64,000 bases of DNA, taken from positions 66,145-130,144 of the IMG/VR virus record IMGVR_UViG_3300042402_002564. One strand, written 5' to 3'. The position numbers and the translations under genes are program-made. The DNA is from a virus. The notes below the pieces were generated by a model that had not been told where the DNA came from, did not search any database, and saw only the letters and a program-made list of their open reading frames with translations. Of the stretch, positions 28,177-37,914 are shown piece after piece (position 1 is the first letter of the stretch; each line of letters starts with the position of its first letter).

Positions 28177-29343
28177 ATGAATCAATCTTTAGTTGAAAAC
28201 GGATATATTATAATACCAAATTTTATATGTTCGGAACGTGCAAAAAATTTATCCAAAGAATTTGCACAAGTATGTAAAGAAAATAATATAGATGGAGATG
28301 AGCAAGTTCCGACTTCAAAATCTCAATATGACTATATTTCTTTTTTAGAATTACTTTGTGAAAAAACTCCTGAAGTATCATCTATTATTGGCGAAACTGT
28401 TTTACCAACTTATAGTTATGCTAGAGTATATGAAAAAGGAAGCACTTTACCATCGCATACTGACAGAAAAGAATGTGAAATATCAATAACTATCAATTTA
28501 GATTCTGATGTATCTTGGCCTATTTGGGTCATGACACCAGATAAAAAGCAAAAAAGAATCATTTTAAATCCAGGGGATGGTCTTCTTTACTTGGGCATAG
28601 ATATACCTCATTGGAGAGAAGAATTAAAAGGAAATTATTGCACTCAAGTATTTTTACATTATGTAAGAAGTAGAGGACCTAATGTTGCCTTGTATTTTGA
28701 TAAAGAGAATAGAAAATTTTGCAACTTCAATGAGATTAAAAAAAGTCCAGAAGTGATGATAAAAACTGAAAATTATAAGAGTAAAAATCCATTGGATGAA
28801 TACATTAAAATATATTACTCTGCAATTCCAGATTATGTTTGTGATTTGATTTTAGAAGAGTATAAAAATTGTGAAGATTGGAATCCAAGTAGAACAGGAA
28901 ACGGAGAAGTAAATAAATTCGTTCGCAATTGTGATACTATTGGATTGTCGATGGCAAATGTTATCAACAAAAATTTAGAAACCAGAAAGAAAATCGATAC
29001 CTTATTATTTGAACATTCTGGTAATACCCTTAAAAAATATGTTGAAGAATTTCCACACTGCCAATTAATTTCTGATAGTGGATATGATCTCTTGAGATAT
29101 GATATGGGAGGATATTATTCTATTCATACAGATTCTCATAAAACTACACCTAGAACAGTGTCCTGTTCTTTTAATTTGAATGATGATTATGAAGGTGGAG
29201 AATTTGCATTCTTTGATAGAGAATTAATCATTAAAGCACCAAAAGGGTCTGCAATTGTATTTCCATCGAATTTTATGTATCCTCATGAAATTATGGAAGT
29301 TAAATCTGGATCCAGATATTCTATTGTGACTTGGTTCGTTTAA
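28177..29343 (+). CDS. two-domain 2OG-Fe(II) oxygenase (P4H-like)
   Basis: HxD motifs in both halves (PSHTDRKE; SIHTDSHK) and a C-terminal PHEI...SRYSIVTWF (H...RxS). Confidence 0.55.
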   Translation: MNQSLVENGYIIIPNFICSERAKNLSKEFAQVCKENNIDGDEQVPTSKSQYDYISFLELLCEKTPEVSSIIGETVLPTYSYARVYEKGSTLPSHTDRKECEISITINLDSDVSWPIWVMTPDKKQKRIILNPGDGLLYLGIDIPHWREELKGNYCTQVFLHYVRSRGPNVALYFDKENRKFCNFNEIKKSPEVMIKTENYKSKNPLDEYIKIYYSAIPDYVCDLILEEYKNCEDWNPSRTGNGEVNKFVRNCDTIGLSMANVINKNLETRKKIDTLLFEHSGNTLKKYVEEFPHCQLISDSGYDLLRYDMGGYYSIHTDSHKTTPRTVSCSFNLNDDYEGGEFAFFDRELIIKAPKGSAIVFPSNFMYPHEIMEVKSGSRYSIVTWFV

Positions 29344-29401
29344 CCGAACATTGACAGAATAAAAATATTAATCTATTATTAAATTAACTTTATATTAACC
29401 A

Positions 29402-29623
29402 ATGGCACTATCAAAATCTGTTGAAGAATCTTTAAGAGAAGCAGAGTCTTCCCTTAGAAATGCCCTTGCTTTTGCAGCAAGACAAGAAAAACCCTTTGTT
29501 GGTAAGCATATTGCCTGTATGATTGCTGACCTTGATGCCCTTATTAAAACTGATGAATTAATGGATAAACTTGAGAGTAGACTAAAAGGAGATAAGGGGA
29601 CGTGGGGACCTTTTGGTGAATAA
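29402..29623 (+). CDS. hypothetical small protein
   Basis: ORF. Confidence 0.35.
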   Translation: MALSKSVEESLREAESSLRNALAFAARQEKPFVGKHIACMIADLDALIKTDELMDKLESRLKGDKGTWGPFGE

Positions 29624-29676
29624 TAAGATTTGTAACATCAATAATTAAGAGACTATTAAAAATTCCATAGATAATC

Positions 29677-29868
29677 ATGGAATGTGTTAAAATCAACACA
29701 GTTGCACAAAAACAAATGGAATTAACACAAGAAGAGTGGAACGAATTGGTTGCTCTTAAAGACGCAATTAATTACGATCCATCTCAAGTCCATTATGAAA
29801 AAATGGAAAGGTTTACTGAATTATTTGTTAAAACTTTGGAAGGTAAAGGTGACAATTGCCCAATGTGA
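29677..29868 (+). CDS. hypothetical small protein
   Basis: ORF. Confidence 0.35.
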   Translation: MECVKINTVAQKQMELTQEEWNELVALKDAINYDPSQVHYEKMERFTELFVKTLEGKGDNCPM

Positions 29869-29898
29869 TACATAATTAATAAAGGTATCATAAAATAA

Positions 29899-30312
29899 AT
29901 GGATACAAATCTTTTCACTCAAACTAGTGATGAAAAATCTATTTTGTTAAAAACAGGGTTCTTATGTTTAAAATTGACTAAAAATTATTTTAATGAAGTT
30001 TCTTCTATTGCTAAGAAATTAATTAGAGATAATATTGATGTAAGAAGTAACAAGTTCAAATTAAAAGAACTTGATAATTACCTTGATTTGGGTTCTTTTT
30101 TTATTGAGGAAACAAAAAAATATTATAAAGTTTATCAATTTACAGATGAATCTGATTCAAAAATTCACTGTTTTGTTGATAAAGAGAGTGGTTTAGTTTA
30201 TAAACCACTCAATAGAAATTCTCCTAATAAAAGAAGAGTGTATGAAATTGATAAGTGTATATTACATGCTGATTGGAGAGGGTATTATTTGAATGATGTG
30301 ACACCTCAGTAA
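29899..30312 (+). CDS. hypothetical protein, paralog of 33359..33814
   Basis: C-terminal KIHCFVDKESGLVYKP...HADWRGYYL versus SVHCFIDKKTGEVYKS...NADWAGSYL. Confidence 0.45.
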   Translation: MDTNLFTQTSDEKSILLKTGFLCLKLTKNYFNEVSSIAKKLIRDNIDVRSNKFKLKELDNYLDLGSFFIEETKKYYKVYQFTDESDSKIHCFVDKESGLVYKPLNRNSPNKRRVYEIDKCILHADWRGYYLNDVTPQ

Positions 30313-30320
30313 CTGTCCAC

Positions 30321-30343
30321 TGCCCCTTGACGGGGCATTTTTT
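30321..30343 (+). terminator. rho-independent terminator (doubles as a promoter)
   Basis: TGCCCC-TTGA-CGGGGCA hairpin plus T6; the loop TTGAC with a 17-nt spacer to TATATT at 30350-30355. Confidence 0.65.
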
Positions 30344-30357
30344 ATGGCGTATATTAC

Positions 30358-30666
30358 ATGAGTAAACCAAGCACACCAATGATTTCTCTTCCAAACTTTG
30401 CTGAATTTGCTGAGAGCGTCAATACTGATGAAGAATTGACCGAGAAAAATTATTGTGACCAACAATCGGTCACAATGGAGTTTACTTATGAAGAGCATGA
30501 CCTTCTAAATTCCATTCTTTGCCATGCATCCGATGCTATGGATCTTGCTATTCCTTTTGTTTATGAATTGGAAGAGGATTCGGAAATTCGCCAGCGTTAT
30601 CATCTGCTAGAACAAATGAAAAATCGTTCTTACGACCTCTGGAAAAACCGTTTCGGTAATAAGTGA
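30358..30666 (+). CDS. hypothetical protein
   Basis: ORF just downstream of the terminator/promoter; elevated GC. Confidence 0.45.
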   Translation: MSKPSTPMISLPNFAEFAESVNTDEELTEKNYCDQQSVTMEFTYEEHDLLNSILCHASDAMDLAIPFVYELEEDSEIRQRYHLLEQMKNRSYDLWKNRFGNK

Positions 30667-31148
30667 TGACTACTTGGAAAGCTGATGTATTTGTCAACTC
30701 TCAAGTTGGCAAAATTTCGACAGAAGTTGAAGCGGCAACTTTCTCTGGTGCTAAAGAACAAATCTATGCAAAGCATGGTGATGTTCAACAAATTTATAAT
30801 CTGAGGCAAGTATCTTCAGATTCTTCTTCTGGATTTACTTCATCTTCTGGAGGTAGTACGTCTGGTAGTATTGCCCTTGTAGGTCTTGTTGCTGCTGGTT
30901 GGGCATTTATTACGTTTACTCCTTGGATTCTCATGTTTGGTGGTGGAATAGCATCAACTTGGATTATTCAAAAACTTCTGAGAACTGATTTGGAATCTGC
31001 TTCGGATTCTGGTAATAATGGTGCTGTTGCATTAATTTTAGGCACAGCTATTTTGTTTGGTGGTGTTGGATTTGTGCAGGGAGAATCTATTCGCAAATCT
31101 TTTGAAACCCCAGAAGTTCCATCAACTCAAGTTCAAAAACAACAATGA
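30663..31148 (+). CDS. hypothetical membrane protein
   Basis: ATGA overlap; Ser/Gly-rich linker then three hydrophobic helices. Confidence 0.5.
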   Translation: MMTTWKADVFVNSQVGKISTEVEAATFSGAKEQIYAKHGDVQQIYNLRQVSSDSSSGFTSSSGGSTSGSIALVGLVAAGWAFITFTPWILMFGGGIASTWIIQKLLRTDLESASDSGNNGAVALILGTAILFGGVGFVQGESIRKSFETPEVPSTQVQKQQ

Positions 31149-31411
31149 AGTTTACTGATCTTAACTTTGAGGAACATTATTTTGGAGGTGTACATGCTGT
31201 TCATTTTTTTGAAAATGGATATGGTGTGAGTGTGGTTTGTTTTCCTGGATCATATGGTTATGAGCAGGGATTGTATGAAGTAGCAATTCTTAAAGGCAAT
31301 CCAGATAAATTTGAGTTGTGCTATGATACTCCCATCACTGATGATGTTTTTGGTCATCGTGATGAGAATGATGTAGAAAACATTATGAAAGAGGTTGCTG
31401 ATTTATCATGA
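31145..31411 (+). CDS. hypothetical protein
   Basis: ATGA overlap. Confidence 0.4.
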   Translation: MKFTDLNFEEHYFGGVHAVHFFENGYGVSVVCFPGSYGYEQGLYEVAILKGNPDKFELCYDTPITDDVFGHRDENDVENIMKEVADLS

Positions 31412-31569
31412 TTGCTCGTATTCTTGGTGTTGGGGCAGGAGTATTTCTAATCCTGTTCGTTCTTCTCTCAAGGGGACTTCCTGTGCTATTCTTCATCAAG
31501 ATGTTCCCCCTCATTCTTCTTGTTCTTGTAGCAGCAGCACTAATCTATGCTGGTGTTACTTCTGACTGA
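31408..31569 (+). CDS. hypothetical small membrane protein (53 aa)
   Basis: ATGA overlap; two hydrophobic helices; read from the sequence. Confidence 0.35.
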   Translation: MIARILGVGAGVFLILFVLLSRGLPVLFFIKMFPLILLVLVAAALIYAGVTSD

Positions 31570-31594
31570 TTGTTCTTTATCAATTAACTAAATT

Positions 31595-32413
31595 ATGTCT
31601 ACTACAAAAATTGCTCTGGGTGCTGGTGCTGCTGTTCTTGCTCTAGTGCTTACTGCTGGTCAATTCACCACCATCAACACTGGAGAAAATGGTCTCTACG
31701 TTGGATTTGATGGTCAGGTGAAGAATGAAGTGCTGACGCCTGGTATTAAATACGATGGTTTCGGTTCTATCAAAGTCTTCAACACTCGTAAGATTACGGT
31801 ACAATCTAACGATTTGACTCCGAAGACTAAAGACAACACCATCATGAAAGATATGGATGTTGTGGTTACTTACAGCATTGCTCCCACTTCACTCTATAGC
31901 TTCTATACTGGTTACGATATGAGTAACCATGGTGTCAGTGAGAATGGACAGATTGAACTGATGTCCACGTTTATCAAGCGTCTGATTACGTCTGCCGTGA
32001 ACCAATCGGTTGACGAATATGCTGCCCTGGATGTGAACAGCAGTCTGGATAAGATTCAAGATACCATCAAACAGAATCTGAACCTTGCCCTGGAGAAGAA
32101 CAACCTTGCTGGTAAGATTGATATTGAATCCGTTGTGGTTGTAAAAGCAGACTTGCCTGAGGATCTGGTTGCTGCTGTGAATCGTGTGGTGACTGCTCAA
32201 TCTGCTGAAAAGGAGCAAATTGTGAAGAACCGTACTGCTGAACTGAAAGCAAACGAGAACAAGTCTCTTGCTTCTACTATCACTCCTCAGTACCTTGAGT
32301 ACCAACGTAATGAAATCATGAAGGAAGCATTCAAGAATGGTGGCATTGAAAAGATGATCATTGTGAATGGTTCTTCGATGAACTTCCTGCCTGGTGGTCT
32401 GACTGGTAAGTGA
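31595..32413 (+). CDS. SPFH / band-7 (prohibitin/stomatin-like) protein
   Basis: N-terminal TM helix then the typical PG..Y......V.....I.V.S.DL.T.D...V...V.YSI block; elevated GC. Confidence 0.55.
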   Translation: MSTTKIALGAGAAVLALVLTAGQFTTINTGENGLYVGFDGQVKNEVLTPGIKYDGFGSIKVFNTRKITVQSNDLTPKTKDNTIMKDMDVVVTYSIAPTSLYSFYTGYDMSNHGVSENGQIELMSTFIKRLITSAVNQSVDEYAALDVNSSLDKIQDTIKQNLNLALEKNNLAGKIDIESVVVVKADLPEDLVAAVNRVVTAQSAEKEQIVKNRTAELKANENKSLASTITPQYLEYQRNEIMKEAFKNGGIEKMIIVNGSSMNFLPGGLTGK

Positions 32414-32415
32414 TT

Positions 32416-32583
32416 ATGATTGAACTCCTCGCTAGTGCTATTATTGCTTCAAGCAATCAATCTGAGCAAATCAACCGATTCTGTGCTTATGTTGTTGGTA
32501 TTCCATATGCTAGTGATAACTTCACCGACGAGGAGTGGGGGAGGTTTGAATACTGTAGGGAACACTTAAAAATTACTGATTAA
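32416..32583 (+). CDS. hypothetical small protein (55 aa)
   Basis: read from the sequence; starts 3 nt after the previous stop. Confidence 0.3.
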   Translation: MIELLASAIIASSNQSEQINRFCAYVVGIPYASDNFTDEEWGRFEYCREHLKITD

Positions 32584-32590
32584 CTTTATT

Positions 32591-32620
32591 GGGGAGAATG
32601 AACTTCTCCCCCTTTATCTT
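32591..32620 (+). other. GC hairpin GGGGAGAA-TGAAC-TTCTCCCC (terminator-like or leader structure)
   Basis: 8-bp perfect stem followed by CTTTATCTT; abuts the next ATG. Confidence 0.4.
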
Positions 32621-33289
32621 ATGTACGAATTTAATGATTTTACTTTTAAATGTTGTGTTTGGTATTATGCCAAAAGATTGGGAGTAATTGATGCTTTAAC
32701 CTGGGAAATAATCATTGCCAAATCAACAAATAGTCAATGGATTCCTGGGGATCATTTTATGGCAGATGTTGTAAATTCAGAATATCTCTGCAACGTCAAG
32801 TCATTAAAAAAGAAATTTGCTAAAGGCGATAAACAATCTTTAACTTACGTTCAATGTAGGGCACCAATTACCAAAGACAGGACATTATTGGACGATGAGT
32901 TGGGAAATGAAATTATTTCAACTTTAATTAAAAAAAAGCAAGAAAGTTTTGAACAATTTTCTTGTAATGTAATGAAGGATTATATGATTCAACATTGCAG
33001 AGATGGTGAAAAATATTTTGCTAGAGTATTCTTGTGTGACCATCCAAATTTTAATGAGTATGATTTGCAATGGAAAGATGGTGAAGGTAAATTAGAAGGT
33101 TCAAAAACTTGGTTTTTAAAACGTGCATATGGAGATTCTAAGCACGGTCAAAACTGCGTTCACATTAAAAAGGTTTTTGAAAAATCTATGTTAATTGCGG
33201 ATATTGTTGTTGAATGTCCAGATGAACACAATGTTTCCAATGAATTAATTGTTGAAGAATATATGAAATATCACCAGGGGGACGGATGA
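32621..33289 (+). CDS. hypothetical protein (222 aa)
   Basis: ORF. Confidence 0.45.
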   Translation: MYEFNDFTFKCCVWYYAKRLGVIDALTWEIIIAKSTNSQWIPGDHFMADVVNSEYLCNVKSLKKKFAKGDKQSLTYVQCRAPITKDRTLLDDELGNEIISTLIKKKQESFEQFSCNVMKDYMIQHCRDGEKYFARVFLCDHPNFNEYDLQWKDGEGKLEGSKTWFLKRAYGDSKHGQNCVHIKKVFEKSMLIADIVVECPDEHNVSNELIVEEYMKYHQGDG

Positions 33290-33358
33290 ACCACTGTCCA
33301 CTGGAACGAACCAACCTGAGAACTTTGCCCTATAATAACTTCAGTTCAAACAAAGGAC

Positions 33359-33814
33359 ATGACCACCACCTTCGCTGAATACTCTGCTTCTGCTGAGGCA
33401 AGGAAGGACATTGCAACTGCTGTTCTGGGTCATACGTATGCTCTCTGTGAGGCACTGCGTCAGAACTACATTGACTATTCCATTCGTAGTCATGAACGTT
33501 CTTTACAGCGTCTTGAGGGTAATACTGACACTGGTATTAAATATCACAAAGAACAGATTGCTAAACTCAAGCAAGGAACTTGTGATTACGATTTCTACCC
33601 CGAGTCTGGTAGAAAGTATCATAAGGTAATCATGAATGCCAATGGTAATAAGTCCGTTCATTGCTTCATCGACAAGAAAACTGGTGAAGTCTACAAGTCT
33701 GCATCATGGAAGGCACCTGCCAAGGGTGTGCGATATGATCTGCGTATCATCAATCAGCGTGAGTGGTTGCTTCAAAATGCTGATTGGGCAGGTAGTTATC
33801 TTTATATGCGTTGA
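33359..33814 (+). CDS. hypothetical protein, paralog of 29899..30312
   Basis: shared C-terminal block; higher-GC copy. Confidence 0.45.
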   Translation: MTTTFAEYSASAEARKDIATAVLGHTYALCEALRQNYIDYSIRSHERSLQRLEGNTDTGIKYHKEQIAKLKQGTCDYDFYPESGRKYHKVIMNANGNKSVHCFIDKKTGEVYKSASWKAPAKGVRYDLRIINQREWLLQNADWAGSYLYMR

Positions 33815-33878
33815 ATATGACAAAAACTGACAAACTTATCTTCATCTCTTCGTTTATTTGGTTTCTTCACTGGGGCAC

Positions 33879-34331
33879 ATGTATTACCTCGAAACTTCTG
33901 GTTATGGCTATCGAAAGCGAGTCTGTGAGAGCGTTACCGATTGGTTTATGAATCGGTATATGCCAAGACATCACATTGGTCTTCGCATTGTCCACAAAGG
34001 ACTTAAACGAGAATTTGTCTATGGTTATTGTGACGTTGATGGTGAAATTAAACGTCCTCGTGACTTTTTGATTGAACTACAATCGCATATGGACCTTGAG
34101 ACCTATACAAAAACTTTAATTCATGAGTTAGTTCATGTTCGTCAATGGGTTTTTGGTGATCTCCGTGATAAAAGGGGAAAGATGTATTATGGTTCCGTAA
34201 AAGTGGAAGAACTAGATTATGAAGATCAACCACATGAGATTGAAGCGAGAGAGCAGGAAGAAACTTTGTATATTACCTATTTGATAGAGACTGGGCAGAT
34301 GAAATTTAAATCATCCAAATCTAGACTTTGA
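33879..34331 (+). CDS. putative Zn-metallopeptidase-like protein (HExxH)
   Basis: TLIHELVHVRQW HExxH motif; the track's 5' extension begins with TTG, so ATG 33879 is used. Confidence 0.4.
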   Translation: MYYLETSGYGYRKRVCESVTDWFMNRYMPRHHIGLRIVHKGLKREFVYGYCDVDGEIKRPRDFLIELQSHMDLETYTKTLIHELVHVRQWVFGDLRDKRGKMYYGSVKVEELDYEDQPHEIEAREQEETLYITYLIETGQMKFKSSKSRL

Positions 34332-34336
34332 ACTAT

Positions 34337-34362
34337 AAGGGTGGAATATTCCACCCTTTTTT
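34337..34362 (+). terminator. rho-independent terminator
   Basis: AAGGGTGGAAT/ATTCCACCCTT hairpin then T6. Confidence 0.65.
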
Positions 34363-34399
34363 GTTAAATAATTAATGAATATTAGTAGTAGATGTATAA

Positions 34400-35344
34400 A
34401 TGGAGAAGATAATTTATTGTATTATCAATAAAAATATGAACTCCGAAGATACTGCTTTTGGGAATAGGATGTATATATGGACTCAACTTTATTATGTGTC
34501 TTATAGAACTAATTTTGAGTATAAAATTGCGGTTCAAAAAGAGAAATGGCCAGAATTAAAATTTTTAAATTTACCAAATACCATTGCATTAAAAGAAGAA
34601 TATTTTTGTAAAAATGAAAAAGTATATAAAATTAGTGAAAGTCACCTTAAACTAATAATTCATAAAAATAATATTGAGTATTTAAAAACTAATAATTATT
34701 GGTATCTAGATGAATGGTTGATCTATGAAGGTCAATATGATAAACTCAATCTTCCAAATCCATATTCTTTGATAAAATTTAAAAATCCATCTATAAATGA
34801 TATTTTGAGTGAATATTTCAAATCTTTTGTTTCTATTCACATTAGAAGATATCACGGAACATATTATACTGAAGATGATTTGAGTGAAATGCCTTTAAAT
34901 TTAAGGGAACAATATTTAAAAGAATCTTATTTTCCAACAACATTAACACATTACACTTATATAAAAGATGCTGTTTATTTTAAAATAATAGAAAAATTAA
35001 TAAATTCCAATGAAAATGTAAAAATTTACATTAGCACCGATTTACCTTTAAAATTTTATAAACACTATAAAACAAGATACTTTAAAAAAAATATAAAAGA
35101 TAAGTATGATTACTACGAAAAATTTAAGAACATTTTAAAGCAATGTTTTACTGATGATTATATTGATAATAATAAGAAAATAGTTGAAGATTTATTAGAC
35201 TTTTTTGTTATTGCTTATTCTAAATTTATCATTATGCCAAATTACTCTACTTGGAGCAGAATTGCTAAAAAAGTCAAAAATACTAAATGTCTCAACTTAC
35301 CTATTTCCGAGGTTGCACTAGAACTTTTACAATTTAGGATATGA
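34400..35344 (+). CDS. GT11-like glycosyltransferase (divergent fucosyltransferase-like)
   Basis: SIHIRRYHG (HxRR motif I-like) and C-terminal NYSTWSRIA (SxFSWWAA-like). Confidence 0.4.
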   Translation: MEKIIYCIINKNMNSEDTAFGNRMYIWTQLYYVSYRTNFEYKIAVQKEKWPELKFLNLPNTIALKEEYFCKNEKVYKISESHLKLIIHKNNIEYLKTNNYWYLDEWLIYEGQYDKLNLPNPYSLIKFKNPSINDILSEYFKSFVSIHIRRYHGTYYTEDDLSEMPLNLREQYLKESYFPTTLTHYTYIKDAVYFKIIEKLINSNENVKIYISTDLPLKFYKHYKTRYFKKNIKDKYDYYEKFKNILKQCFTDDYIDNNKKIVEDLLDFFVIAYSKFIIMPNYSTWSRIAKKVKNTKCLNLPISEVALELLQFRI

Positions 35345-35480
35345 CACTTAAAAAAGTGACCATTGAACCTTTAAATAGGTGTTAAAGATAGTATACTATG
35401 AGAGGTTCGATAGAAATGAACCCATTTATTGACAAACCCCAACATTTAACCTAGACTAAAAAAGTTCTTTAAATCAAAAA

Positions 35481-35714
35481 ATGAAGTATCTCTACATCGT
35501 TGACTATTGGATTCCATTTCCTTCCTCTGAATATGGTGGTCTCTTTAACGTAATTGCTGAAAGCGATACTGAGTGCCATGATATTCTTTTAGATTGGAGA
35601 GAAGAATATGATAGTGAATATGATAGTCGTATTATGGAACGAGTTGTTTCTGCACCTAAGTTCTTACTCGCAGAAAATCAAGAGTCCCGAATTGTAGAAA
35701 GTTTTACCACTTGA
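35481..35714 (+). CDS. hypothetical small protein
   Basis: ORF. Confidence 0.3.
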   Translation: MKYLYIVDYWIPFPSSEYGGLFNVIAESDTECHDILLDWREEYDSEYDSRIMERVVSAPKFLLAENQESRIVESFTT

Positions 35715-35876
35715 TATGACACACCATAACGTCTCTCACGCAAACAACATTCTTAAAGAGTTGAAAGAACAACATCAAAAAAGAATTGAATATCTAGAAA
35801 GTAAAATTGAAGACATGCAAACTGAGATTGAAATTCTCAACACCTATCAAAATAGAATTTACGACTGTTAATCATT

Positions 35877-36074
35877 ATGAATCTTGAATTAAATGAAATC
35901 CGAGAAGATTGTATTACAAATGTAGAAAACTATTTTTGTAGTAGGATTATTGATCATATGGATTGTGGCAATCTCTTTGATGCCCAAGCAATTCACGAAG
36001 AATTTGTGATTGATGAAGAAGATATTCCCAAAAATTGGTTGTTTTTGAACGACCTTACTGGTGATGATTATTGA
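35877..36074 (+). CDS. hypothetical small protein
   Basis: ORF. Confidence 0.3.
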   Translation: MNLELNEIREDCITNVENYFCSRIIDHMDCGNLFDAQAIHEEFVIDEEDIPKNWLFLNDLTGDDY

Positions 36075-36366
36075 AGAAGGAAAATTGGTCAAATACAAAG
36101 ATTATGTTGGAAAAATCAAATTTATTACAACAGAATATTTGACTATATGTAATCCTGGTTCTCGTTGGGACATTTGTGTTGTTGTTTATTCTACAGATTT
36201 TCATTTAATTCATGAAGTACCAAGTAACGTATAAAAATCCTAAAAATAAAGAGGGATTTTACTCAAACCAAAAAGCAGTATTTTTAGATGTGTCTGATGC
36301 AATTATGTGGCAAGAACATGTTAAAAAACAAGGGGCAATTGATATTGAAATGGTAGTTGACTTCTC

Positions 36367-36558
36367 ATGAAACTCATTCAAACTTGTGGTTCTTATAATC
36401 CAGATGATGGGTACTCTATTTGTATTGCCCTTAGTGAAAGACATGTCATTACATTAGATGGACTGAATGAAGAAGATATGTTAGAATTAAAGTCTTGCAT
36501 TGATTGCATGATTTTTGATCTATATGAAGAAGAAGAACTTTATGAAGGAGAATTCTAA
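36367..36558 (+). CDS. hypothetical small protein
   Basis: ORF. Confidence 0.3.
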   Translation: MKLIQTCGSYNPDDGYSICIALSERHVITLDGLNEEDMLELKSCIDCMIFDLYEEEELYEGEF

Positions 36559-36766
36559 GTCCTTTTGGAGATGGTGGGCAAAGGCATTAGGGGAGAAAGC
36601 TTCTAAATGCGATCGAGAGTCGGATACTGTTGCACGTATCCGAACTTTTATTTTTTTAACTTACTTGATTACTAACTTTTTTATTGTGGCTGGAGTTATC
36701 AGACATTGGAATGATTCACCTATAGAAATTAAAATTGAAGTTCTTGATGACCCCAAAATGATCTAA
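36542..36766 (+). CDS. hypothetical small membrane protein
   Basis: ATG at 36542; C-terminal hydrophobic helix. Confidence 0.3.
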   Translation: MKENSKSFWRWWAKALGEKASKCDRESDTVARIRTFIFLTYLITNFFIVAGVIRHWNDSPIEIKIEVLDDPKMI

Positions 36767-36809
36767 CAATAGTCATTATTAAATAAATAAATTATCGTTT
36801 TATATTAAT

Positions 36810-37910
36810 ATGATTAAAATAAGATTAGAGCACAATGCAACTGGAAATGGATTGGGTTATCAAATATCTTCATATGTTTTGCTTAAAAGTCTTGCAAAAC
36901 ACTTTGGGTATGAATACGGTACTGATGAGTTCGAATTCTTAAATTTAAGATCAACTTTTGAGGGTGTCTCCTTTGATGGTACAACAAGACCTGACACAGA
37001 ATACGATAAGTTTCTTGAATTTTCGGATAATGAGTCTTTTGATACTATTGTAAGTAAAGGTCTTGAAGATGAAAGTTTGATATTTGGATATCCAAGTCCA
37101 ACAAATTTTTACAAAAAGGAATACTTTGAAGAAGTAAAAAAAGATTTGGTATTTCGTAAAATTATAAAAGATAAGTGTTCAGAATTTGTTAATAAATTTG
37201 AAGGACAAGAAATCATATCCTTACACATAAGAAGGGGAGATTTTTTAGATCCAATTAGCGGAATGTTTGTTTGTGGTGATGATTATTATCAGAACGCATT
37301 AAAACTTCTTCCAGAAGATGCAAAAGTTTTTATATTCACAAATGATAAAGAATATGTAAAAAATAATCCACTCTATCAAGATGACAGATTTGTATTGATA
37401 ACTGATATCTACAATGACAACCAACCAATTAATTGTGATTATGGCCAATTAATTGATAAAATGCTTGATTTTAGTGGTCATTCTAGATTTAATTATAAGT
37501 TTGTTATCTCTCAAATTGCAGCAAAAGAAGTACGTACCATAAAATCTATTGTCGATGAACTTCATCCAAAATATTTGGAAAAACTAAAAAATAAACTATA
37601 TAATCATTCATTTGATTTGTGTTTGATGACAATGTGTGATTATCACATTTCAGCAAATAGCACATTTGGTATGTGGGGAACGACATTATCTAATAGTAAA
37701 AAAGTCATATATCCAAAGTATTGGATGCATGGACATGTACCAAATCCTTTGGAACTTGAGAGAAAATTGGATCTTGGTGATTATGACCAGACTAAAGATA
37801 TTGGTGGAGAATTCATGCGTGACCAACAAAAGAATTCTATTGGTATTGAAAATCCAGACCAAATTATAAGTCAACTAGAAAGTGAAATAAATACTATAAA
37901 GGGTGTATAG
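36810..37910 (+). CDS. alpha-1,2-fucosyltransferase-like glycosyltransferase (GT11)
   Basis: SLHIRRGDFLD (GT11 motif I HxRRGD) and C-terminal NSTFGMWGTTLSNSK (GT11 C-terminal motif). Confidence 0.55.
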   Translation: MIKIRLEHNATGNGLGYQISSYVLLKSLAKHFGYEYGTDEFEFLNLRSTFEGVSFDGTTRPDTEYDKFLEFSDNESFDTIVSKGLEDESLIFGYPSPTNFYKKEYFEEVKKDLVFRKIIKDKCSEFVNKFEGQEIISLHIRRGDFLDPISGMFVCGDDYYQNALKLLPEDAKVFIFTNDKEYVKNNPLYQDDRFVLITDIYNDNQPINCDYGQLIDKMLDFSGHSRFNYKFVISQIAAKEVRTIKSIVDELHPKYLEKLKNKLYNHSFDLCLMTMCDYHISANSTFGMWGTTLSNSKKVIYPKYWMHGHVPNPLELERKLDLGDYDQTKDIGGEFMRDQQKNSIGIENPDQIISQLESEINTIKGV

Positions 37911-37914
37911 AATC

